Positions 1 through 7,245 are shown, numbered from the stretch's first letter. The stretch: DNA of 7,507 nt from Paraspadella gotoi (GCA_051294375.1 JBJCIZ010000463.1:1-7507); one strand, 5' to 3'. The notes: generated by a model not told the origin, from the sequence alone. Numbers and translations are program-made.

Positions 1-9
1 TTCGCCACA
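1..9 (+). repeat. Probable 3' terminus of the 5' LTR (..TTCGCCACA)
   Basis: Ends in CA one base before the TGG of the PBS, the canonical LTR/PBS geometry. Only 9 nt are visible and there is no second copy in the window. Confidence 0.55.
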
Positions 10-10
10 T

Positions 11-23
11 TGGTGAGACCGAC
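11..23 (+). promoter_or_regulatory. Primer-binding site, tRNA-Trp-like (TGGTGAGACCGAC)
   Basis: Starts with TGG (complement of tRNA CCA) just after the LTR-like CA and upstream of gag. It matches 11/13 positions of TGGTGACCCCGAC, the complement of the insect/vertebrate tRNA-Trp 3' end as I recall it. CsRN1-lineage elements are described as using tRNA-Trp. Confidence 0.75.
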
Positions 24-78
24 TTCGAACCTTTTTCTTTATCCACCAACCTTCTGAAACCTACCGTCAAGGGAATCC

Positions 79-1182
79 ATGAGCGACTCTCGCCAGACTC
101 GACAAACCGCGCGACTCCGCGTTCAAGGCATCGTCTATCCACCCGGCATTTATAACCGAAATCGTACGCCCTCTCCTCACGCGGTCGTCGACGCCGCCGC
201 AAATCCGCGCTTTGACTTCACGCCTCCCCCGCCTGTCGACAATATGGCCGAAGCCCCGCCATCTCAAGGCGAGGTTGATGCACTCCGCGCCGCGCTCGAC
301 GCCGCGTTAGCGGCCACTAAAGCCGCGCAAGACGCTCTCGCCCGCGCTGATAAACCCAAGAAGCCAGATTTGCCTCCATTCGATAGGAATAATATCGAAA
401 TCTGGATTCGCCGCGTGGAAGCGGCCTACGCACGCGCAAAAGTAGTACTCCCGAAAGACAAATTTGCCTTCCTTGAGTCCAAAATCGCCGTTGATCTTAA
501 TCCACGCATCAATAGTTTTTTATACGGCGATGCTACAGAAGAAAATTGGATCGCATTCTTGCAGTACCTGCGCGACGAATATGGCTTAACTCGGCGCCGC
601 CAAGCAGAAATTCTTCTTGACGGCAAATTAGGTCTCGATGGAATGCGACCATCCCAGCTGCTGGCCCGTATGGCCGAGCGATCCTCCACAGTCTCAATCG
701 ACGATATCCGGAAGGAGCTGCTCATGCGCGCTTTACCTCCGGAGGTCAGATCAAACATCATCGACCGCGCAGAGGGCCTGACAGCAGCGCAATTGGCGGA
801 AGTGGCCGACAAGCATTTTAACGCCGACGGCAAACCCCTGCACAAAAGCACGGCGTCTGTAATCAACTATGTTGACGTGGAGGAATCGCAGAGCATCTCA
901 AGCGACGACGAAACAACGTCAGAGGTCAACGCCGTCGACAAACGCCGCGGCGGACGTTTTCAATCGCAGCAGCGCAACCCAGCGGCTACGCCTTTCAATC
1001 AGCCACGCCGTGCGCCGTCAAGTGGCGCACCTCGCACTTCCGGCCTCAGCCAAATCTGTCATTTCCATCTCAAATTCGGCGACGCCGCCTACCGATGCGT
1101 GAAAGGCTGCGCACGCGCCGGAGAAAAGCGCGCCGAAAAGGACGCCAAGATGGGAAACGGGCAGGCGGGCCGGCGCAGGTGA
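79..1182 (+). CDS. gag: Retrotransposon Gag protein (367 aa): capsid-like region plus CHCC nucleocapsid knuckle
   Basis: Long ORF directly after the PBS. Motifs LPPFD..NIEIWI..VE, LDGMRPSQLL, ALPPEVR and LAEVADK resemble CsRN1-type Gag. C-terminal CHFHLKFGDAAYRCVKGC is Cx2Hx9Cx3C (1057-1110). An alternative ATG is present at 244. Confidence 0.9.
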   Translation: MSDSRQTRQTARLRVQGIVYPPGIYNRNRTPSPHAVVDAAANPRFDFTPPPPVDNMAEAPPSQGEVDALRAALDAALAATKAAQDALARADKPKKPDLPPFDRNNIEIWIRRVEAAYARAKVVLPKDKFAFLESKIAVDLNPRINSFLYGDATEENWIAFLQYLRDEYGLTRRRQAEILLDGKLGLDGMRPSQLLARMAERSSTVSIDDIRKELLMRALPPEVRSNIIDRAEGLTAAQLAEVADKHFNADGKPLHKSTASVINYVDVEESQSISSDDETTSEVNAVDKRRGGRFQSQQRNPAATPFNQPRRAPSSGAPRTSGLSQICHFHLKFGDAAYRCVKGCARAGEKRAEKDAKMGNGQAGRRR

Positions 1183-4100
1183 ACGCCGTAGCTCGCCGAA
1201 AAGGAAATTCGCCAACCAAGTCGTATCTACTTCATGTCGTTGACGCGAGCGACGGCCGACCGTGGTTGGTCGACGGCGGCGCTCTTCTCTCCCTCACACC
1301 ACCAACACCAGAACAGAGAGCCGCTGGTCCTAAAGGTCCACAACTACAGGCCGCCAATGGCACTCCCATAGCATGTTATGGCACCATAACCAAACGCATC
1401 ACATTAGGACCCAGAGTTTTCCCATTTGAAGTGTTGATCGCCGATGTCACACAAAACATTCTCGGCGCCGACTTTTTAGCCGAATTTTTTCTCGCTCCCA
1501 ATCACAGAGACGGCACCATATTAGACTTGAAGGACTACTCCACTATCCCCTGCGCCAAATCCATTGGTCAACCTCCATCCCAAATTAACTTTGTGGACCA
1601 GAAATCCGACCCATACTACAAACTATTAGACCAATACCCGGCGTTGTCGACACCCTCCTTTGAGATCAAGGATCCCAAACACGGAATACAGCACCATATC
1701 CCCACACAAGGCCGACCTTGCCAAGCACGGGCCCGCCGACTATCTCCGGAGAAACTGGCCGTGGCTAAAGCCGAGCTGGACAGAATGGTGGCACTGGGAG
1801 TGGCCAAACGTGCAAAGAGTTCATGGTCATCTCCACTGCACTGTGTCCCTAAGTCTGACGGCGGGTGGAGAGTCTGTGGAGATTATAGGAGGTTAAACTC
1901 ACAAACAGTCGATGACCGGTATCCCGTGAAGCTCCTGGCCGATTTCAACGCCGAATTAGCGGGCAAAACCATTTTTTCCAAAATCGACCTTCTAAAAGGA
2001 TACCACCAGATCCCGGTGGCCCCCGACGATGTACCAAAAACCGCGGTGATCACCCCCTTTGGACTTTACGTTTTCCTACGGACCCCATTCGGTTTAAAGA
2101 ATGCGGGTCAGGATTTCCAAAGGCTCATGGACGAGATACTGGGTGACTTTCCACGTGTCTACGTATATCTCGACGACATCCTTGTCGCGAGCGAAACGCC
2201 GGAGCAGCACCACCAAGACCTTGACGCCGTTTTCCAAGCTCTCAACGAGAATGGCCTGGTGGTGAACAGGAAAAAGTGCATCCTTGGGAAAGACTCGCTC
2301 GAATTCCTGGGGTATTTCGTTGATGCCGACGGCGTCAGACCCTTACCACAGCGCGTTGAAGCCCTTCGTCAAACGACGCCGCCCACGACGGTCAAAGAAC
2401 TTCAAAGGTTCTTGGGCATGATGAACTATTATAGACGATTCATACCCAAGGTTGCCCATCATGCCACTCCTCTTTACGACTCCCTCCGCGGGAAGCCCAG
2501 ACGACTTCAGTGGACCGACGCCTGCCAAAGAAGTTTTGACGCCGTCAAGGAGGCGTTAGCCAACGCCGTACTCCTGCGACACCCTCAGACAGGCGCAAAA
2601 TTATCACTGACAACCGACGCATCAGATTATGCAGTCGGTGCGGTTCTTGAGCAGCGCGGCGCCCACGGATGGGAACCTCTCGCCTTTTTCTCGGCGAAGC
2701 TCAACGAGAGCCAGCGGAAGTGGCCCCCGTTCGATCGGGAACTTTATGGCGCTTTTCGAGCCATCCGCCATTTCCGTCACTGGATAGAGGGACGATCATT
2801 CATCCTCTACACAGACCATCTCAGCCTGATTCATGCTTTGCATAAAAAGAGCGAGCCACAAACAGCTCGCCACACGTTTCAACTTTCAGTTATATCAGAA
2901 TATACTACTGATATAAGACACGTAGAAGGCAAGGCAAACGTGGTGGCCGATGCACTGTCTCGACCAAACCCACCTATCCCACAAATCATTGCCGCAATTG
3001 ACAAACCCATCGATGACGCCAAGCGGGACAATCTCATGCTCATCTCCGCCGCCATTGAGGCCCAGGGCATTGACCTTCAGGAGATGGCCCGCCAACAACC
3101 TTTGGATCGAGATTTCAACAGAATCATGAACGATGCTCAATCAGGTCTACGGTTCCGCCGAGTTCATTTAGGAGACCAAAGCATCGTCGTCGATATCTCC
3201 AACGGTCCTCCACGGCCCTTTGTTCCTGAGACATGGCGCCGACGAGTCTTTGACACAATCCACGGACTTGGCCATCCGGGCGTCGCCAGAACCCGAGAAA
3301 CAATTGCCGAAAAATTTGTCTGGCCCTCCATGCGAGCAGATGTCACGCGATGGTCCAGAGAATGCATAGCCTGCCAGCGTGCAAAGGTTACGAGGCATGT
3401 CATCCCAGAGATTGGAGACTTCGTGGTTCCGCCAAAACGCTTCCAGCATGTCCATGTAGACTTGGTAATGATGCCAGTTTCTAACGGATTTCCATACCTT
3501 CTTACGGCAGTCGACCGATTTTCTCGCTGGCCCATCGCCATCCCTATCAAAGACATCACCGCCGCCACAGTCGCTGACGCTTTCACGCACGGCTGGATTG
3601 CATCCTTCGGTATTCCCGAGGAGATTACCTCAGACCGCGGCTCACAATTCTCGTCAACAATATGGAAACAGTTGGCGACGACATGGGGATGCAAGCTGCA
3701 TCAAACTACTGCCTATCACCCCGAATCCAATGGCCTCGTCGAACGTCTCCACCGGCGCCTTAAGGAGGCGTTAATTGCGCTTTCCCTCGATGAACCGGAC
3801 AAGTGGTTTTGGCGGCTCCCTTCAGCCCTGTTGGCCATCCGGACGACAGTGAAACCAGACCTCGGTGCCTCACCCGCGCAACTCGTCTACGGCGATGGAT
3901 TGGCCATCCCTGGCGCCGTTCTTCCGCCATCAGTTTCCATCGCGGACGAACTCACCGCTCAAAGAAACCTTCGCGATCAACTCCGTCTCGAGGTCGAGCG
4001 CCTCCAGCCAGTACCTACGAGTCATCATCGGGTACCCCGCGTTCACCTTCCTGACGATCTCGCTACGACCTCTCATGTCTTCATCCGCCGCGGCGGCGTT

Positions 4101-4556
4101 AAACCTCCGCTGACGGCGCCTTACGTGGGCCCCTTCAAAGTCATTGGGCGAGACAATCTTAATTTCCGCGTGGAAATCCCAGGAAGGGGCGTTGACGTCG
4201 TTGCGATCTCGAGAGTGAAGCCAGCCATTATATGGAATGACGCCACGCAAGATGAACTTCCGCCGGAACAAACTCCGCCTCCGGCTCCACCTCGCGGCCG
4301 TCGAGGCATGAGGAAGCGACAACCGCCTCTATCCACAATCCAAACTCGTTCAAAAACGAGAGCTGCTCAAGCGCAAAAGGACTCTGAGAACGACGGGACG
4401 CTCTTTAACCCACTTCCGGCCACGCCCACCTCACGTCGAGACGTTGGCGAAGCCGAACCCCAAGCGACAAGCATCCCCAACTCGATCGCGCCATCTTCGC
4501 CCATAGCTGGTGCCAACGCAGTTCAAGAAGATAGAAGAGAAAACAACACAAAATGA
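1095..4556 (+). CDS. pol: Pol polyprotein (aspartic protease, reverse transcriptase, RNase H, integrase), most likely expressed as a ~1492-aa Gag-Pol fusion via -1 frameshift at 1158 rather than from ATG 1095
   Basis: Uninterrupted 1153-codon ORF with LVDGGA and ILGADFL (PR); FSKIDL..GYHQI, PFGLKNA, YLDD and FLGY (RT); TDAS, DREL, YTDH and NVVADALSR (RNase H); HHCC, D,D(35)E and GPF (IN). Confidence 0.96.
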   Translation: MRERLRTRRRKARRKGRQDGKRAGGPAQVNAVARRKGNSPTKSYLLHVVDASDGRPWLVDGGALLSLTPPTPEQRAAGPKGPQLQAANGTPIACYGTITKRITLGPRVFPFEVLIADVTQNILGADFLAEFFLAPNHRDGTILDLKDYSTIPCAKSIGQPPSQINFVDQKSDPYYKLLDQYPALSTPSFEIKDPKHGIQHHIPTQGRPCQARARRLSPEKLAVAKAELDRMVALGVAKRAKSSWSSPLHCVPKSDGGWRVCGDYRRLNSQTVDDRYPVKLLADFNAELAGKTIFSKIDLLKGYHQIPVAPDDVPKTAVITPFGLYVFLRTPFGLKNAGQDFQRLMDEILGDFPRVYVYLDDILVASETPEQHHQDLDAVFQALNENGLVVNRKKCILGKDSLEFLGYFVDADGVRPLPQRVEALRQTTPPTTVKELQRFLGMMNYYRRFIPKVAHHATPLYDSLRGKPRRLQWTDACQRSFDAVKEALANAVLLRHPQTGAKLSLTTDASDYAVGAVLEQRGAHGWEPLAFFSAKLNESQRKWPPFDRELYGAFRAIRHFRHWIEGRSFILYTDHLSLIHALHKKSEPQTARHTFQLSVISEYTTDIRHVEGKANVVADALSRPNPPIPQIIAAIDKPIDDAKRDNLMLISAAIEAQGIDLQEMARQQPLDRDFNRIMNDAQSGLRFRRVHLGDQSIVVDISNGPPRPFVPETWRRRVFDTIHGLGHPGVARTRETIAEKFVWPSMRADVTRWSRECIACQRAKVTRHVIPEIGDFVVPPKRFQHVHVDLVMMPVSNGFPYLLTAVDRFSRWPIAIPIKDITAATVADAFTHGWIASFGIPEEITSDRGSQFSSTIWKQLATTWGCKLHQTTAYHPESNGLVERLHRRLKEALIALSLDEPDKWFWRLPSALLAIRTTVKPDLGASPAQLVYGDGLAIPGAVLPPSVSIADELTAQRNLRDQLRLEVERLQPVPTSHHRVPRVHLPDDLATTSHVFIRRGGVKPPLTAPYVGPFKVIGRDNLNFRVEIPGRGVDVVAISRVKPAIIWNDATQDELPPEQTPPPAPPRGRRGMRKRQPPLSTIQTRSKTRAAQAQKDSENDGTLFNPLPATPTSRRDVGEAEPQATSIPNSIAPSSPIAGANAVQEDRRENNTK
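1152..1213 (+). promoter_or_regulatory. Programmed -1 ribosomal frameshift signal: slippery heptamer G GGA AAC plus stem-loop/pseudoknot
   Basis: GGGAAAC (1152-1158) is in X XXY YYZ phase in the gag frame, and pol is in the -1 frame. After a 5-nt spacer, stem 1164-1175 pairs with 1184-1197 (12 bp with a 2-nt bulge), and loop GGTGAA can pair with TTCGCC (1208-1213). Confidence 0.85.
1224..1550 (+). other. Retropepsin-like aspartic protease domain of Pol (approximate limits)
   Basis: WLVDGGALLS active-site-like motif (Asp codon at 1272), flap-like LQAANGTPI, and ILGADFL (1458-1478). Confidence 0.85.
1680..2336 (+). other. Reverse transcriptase core domain of Pol (approximate limits)
   Basis: WSSPLHCVPK, WRVCGDYRRLN, DRYP, FSKIDLLKGYHQIPV, KTAVITPFGLY, PFGLKNAGQDFQR, YLDD (2166-2177), KC and EFLGY. 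Confidence 0.97.
2601..2963 (+). other. Ty3/Gypsy-type RNase H domain of Pol
   Basis: LTTDASDYAVGAVLEQ (Asp at 2616), PLAFFS.KL, FDRELY, LYTDHLSL and GKANVVADALSR. Confidence 0.95.
3210..4226 (+). other. Integrase domain of Pol: HHCC zinc-binding region, DDE core and GPY/F module
   Basis: H(3261)GLGH(3273)PG...C(3363)IAC(3372). Catalytic D(3459), D(3633, SDRGSQF) and E(3741, NGLVER), with 35 residues between the second D and E. PYVGPFKV (GPF 4128-4136) followed by SRVKPA. Confidence 0.95.
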
Positions 4557-5430
4557 ACGAATACCCGAACAACTAGGGTAAACAAAGTCACATCGAAGCG
4601 CTTAGTAATTTGTTATTCTTTTAAAAAACGTTAATATATTTTCAAAATTTAAAAGTCATTCAACTTCCACAGAAATAATAAAAACTTTCCAGCGCTTAAA
4701 AACGTCCAAACCCACGTGTTAAAACCTATTCATACTTGTAACTCAGGATAAAGTCGTGTTGTAATATCATGGGATAGAAAAGGAGAATATTCTGCGAAAA
4801 AGAAATTAAAATTAAATAAAAAAATTGATTGTCAGATATTGATAAAGGAAACGACTGCTACAGTAATAATCAAAAATTAAAAACCTAAAAAAAAAAAAAA
4901 ATCGAAATTTATAATACACCATTAACAAATTATTATTAAATTATGTGTATAATTAATGCCGCTGCACAGAAAACTCAAACCAACAAAGACAAACGCTGTT
5001 AAGCGTGGCAACCTAAGACGTACGACCGGAATGAAGAGACAAACTAAAATAAAAAAAAAAAAGAATATCGAGCTACTATAATAAAAATGAGAAAAAAAAA
5101 TAATTGGCCCGTTAGGAAAGAAGAAATGAAGGGAGAAAAAAACTATAATCATTAGCGACGGAAGAGGATGAGAAGAAAATATATAAGAAATCCTTCCTGA
5201 CTGTCGATGTGCAGAATGAAAAACTCTTGCAATTAAATTACGTTTCGTCGAGCCAAAGTAAGAATAAAAATCTTTTAAAATACATATTCTTTAAAAATAT
5301 GGGAAAATAGAAAACTTCCATGCCGTTAAAAACAAAAAAGTAATTTTTCAATACTCTTATTTCATTTGCTTTTCTTTTAATTCCACCCAATTTTATTTTC
5401 GATGAGTTCAACGTTTTTACTTTAAATATT

Positions 5431-5545
5431 CCTCTCTCTTCTCTCTCTCGCTCTCTCTCTCCTCGTCCTCTCTCCCTCTCTCTCTCTCTCCTCTATCTCC
5501 TCTCTCTTATCTCTCTCTTCTATCTCTCTCTACTACCTCTCTCTC

Positions 5546-5628
<83 letters not shown>
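5431..5628. repeat. Imperfect (CT)n microsatellite, ~200 bp
   Basis: Directly visible CT dinucleotide run with scattered interruptions. Confidence 0.97.
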
Positions 5629-5630
<2 letters not shown>

Positions 5631-5764
5631 ACTCCCTTTTCTCATTTTTAGTCAAAAAAATCCATTCATGAATCGACGTAGAAAAAATATGATTTATATG
5701 TTCAACCTCCCTCCATATTTTCCTTCTCAGTTTTTTTTCTGTTTTCTTCTTCTTTTCTCTTCTC

Positions 5765-5990
5765 AAAGAGAATAGAAAAGAGAAAGAAAAAAAGAATTCC
5801 GGATTTTTTGTCTTGAAATTAAATTAAGAAGAAAGCAAAAACTATTTGCGTTGAAGAGACAAACAATTATGGAAAAAAAGATAAAAAGATGAGAAAGAAG
5901 AAAGAAAAACGAGAAAAAAAAAAAAAAATAAAATCGGAGCGAAAGAAAAAAAAAAATCATTAGTGGAGAAAAAGAAGAAAAAAAAAAATG
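5765..5990. repeat. A-rich / purine-rich low-complexity tract
   Basis: Multiple long A runs interspersed with G. Confidence 0.7.
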
Positions 5991-6237
5991 CAAATCGATC
6001 CGAATCAATTCGACTGAAATAGAAAAACTTAGCCACGCACTTAGATGAGAGGGGGGCAGATGGAAAAACAGGAGAACGAACTAATTAGAGAACGATTGAA
6101 AATTCTCAAGCTCGTGTCAAAGGCCGGCGAAACAGCAAGCCCAGGATGTTGCGTTGCGGAAAAAAGTTCACGAATTATTCTTAAACTCGAGTCCAATTTC
6201 ATTGCCGCAAGAAAGACACAAAAAAGATATCAATTTC

Positions 6238-6343
6238 GAGAGAAAGAGAGACGAGAAGAGCAGAGAGAAAGAGAGAGAGAAGAAGAGAGAAGAGATGAGA
6301 GAGAGAGAGAGATAGAGAAGAGAGAGAAGAGAGAGAGAGAAGA
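6238..6343. repeat. Imperfect (GA)n microsatellite, ~105 bp
   Basis: Directly visible GA dinucleotide run with interruptions. Confidence 0.95.
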
Positions 6344-7175
6344 TTTGAATTCTCTTTCGGCGAATTAAACAAATTAAATGTATTCGCAGAATGCTGATGA
6401 ATCACTTGCTTGCACATCATCGTTGACCGGCGATTCGATTGGGGGGAGCCGAAGGGGTCTTCGGAGGAGAGGAGGTGCTGGTGGTGTATTGGGTGATGTA
6501 AATGGTGATGTACCCAAGTAGAGGTTAGATTTTTAAAGAGAATTGTATTCCGATTAAAATAACTATTTTGTTCAAAATCTTCCATCTTCTGTCCCTTTCA
6601 TCATTACCTTAATTAAATTTAACGCGACTGAGTATTCTGAATTAAGTAAAATTGACCGCTTTTGCAAAAATATGGCCGAAAAGACCTTAAAAATAGTTTA
6701 TAAAAAAGTGTGCGATCCCGTTCTTGCACTTTCGCCGGAAGTTGAAGGCGTCTCGTGAGCTGTGCCACGAACTGTTTAAGTTCTTAGAATTGTTCCAAAT
6801 GATTAAAAACAATGCTACAAAGTTCTTATTTGTTCCGTGATGTATGTATCGAATACCCTAATAAAATAATCAAAGCATTATAGATATTCAATACAATACA
6901 ATTACTGTAATAAATGGTCATCATTAATTCAATTAACAATTACATAACAATAACATTAATTAAACAATCATTAACAAAGTTAATTTGAATAATTTGTAAA
7001 TAGTAGTTTAGAGTCAAGAGAATAAATAGTGAATAGCTTTCACTCAACATGATTATAAAATATTTTGGCTACGATGGCATAACAGTGAAATAATATATGG
7101 AATGGTCTTATGTCTAAAATAATTGACATTGTCAATATAGTAAAATGGTATTAGAAGATAAGGTTTGTTGTGTTA

Positions 7176-7245
7176 AAGTGGCACATGCAGCTGATCTGCT
7201 GCATGTGGTAAACAAAGGTCCTGGATCGATTCCATGTCGCCACTT
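7176..7245 (+). other. Degenerate tRNA-like sequence (possible tRNA pseudogene or SINE-head remnant)
   Basis: Complementary ends AAGTGGC/GCCACTT about 70 nt apart, B-box-like AGGTCCTGGATCGATTCC (7216-7233), and a following T-rich tract. No convincing D arm or anticodon arm. Confidence 0.3.

Larger units (their letters stand above)
1..4556 (+). mobile_element. Ty3/Gypsy LTR retrotransposon, CsRN1-like lineage. Internal region only: the 5' LTR runs off the window and no 3' LTR is seen
   Basis: Domain order gag, PR, RT, RNase H, IN is the Ty3/Gypsy order. CHCC knuckle in Gag, TGGTGA PBS directly after ..CCACA, and RT motif SPLHCVPK..WRVCGDYRRLN are all typical of CsRN1-like elements. The 3' boundary is uncertain (~4520-4556). 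Confidence 0.95.

Noticed and set aside
1095-1157. ATG 1095 as an independent pol start
   Set aside because: It lies inside the gag CHCC coding region, and a complete -1 frameshift signal at 1152-1213 explains pol expression better.
1680-2336. Prokaryotic RT system (retron, DGR, group II intron, CRISPR-associated RT)
   Set aside because: The RT sits in a gag-PR-RT-RH-IN polyprotein with a PBS and eukaryote-like flank. No msr/msd, TR/VR pair or repeat-spacer array is visible.
67-4336. Antisense and alternate-frame ORFs inside the element (e.g. 426-866, 3164-3694, 3168-3590, 3930-4322)
   Set aside because: No recognisable motifs; these are expected shadow ORFs of GC-rich gag-pol coding sequence.
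5032-5864. Direct repeat TGAAGAGACAAAC at ~5032 and ~5852
   Set aside because: Only 13 nt in purine-rich low-complexity DNA, with no element structure between the copies.
4922-6036. Phe-rich minus-strand ORFs (4922-5152, 5763-6008, 5842-6036) as membrane proteins
   Set aside because: They are translations of poly-A/purine tracts read in reverse, i.e. low-complexity artefacts.
6045-6368. 107-aa ORF with Glu/Arg-rich C-terminus
   Set aside because: The ER-rich part is the (GA)n microsatellite and the remainder has no recognisable motif.
6439-6450. TTGGGGGGAG as polypurine tract (also GAGAGGGGGG at ~6047-6056)
   Set aside because: Not followed by a TG LTR start, and separated from pol by 1.5-1.9 kb of low-complexity DNA.
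7237-7243. TCGCCAC match to the LTR end at 2-8
   Set aside because: Only 7 nt, lacks the terminal A of CA, and is part of the tRNA-like fold; chance level.
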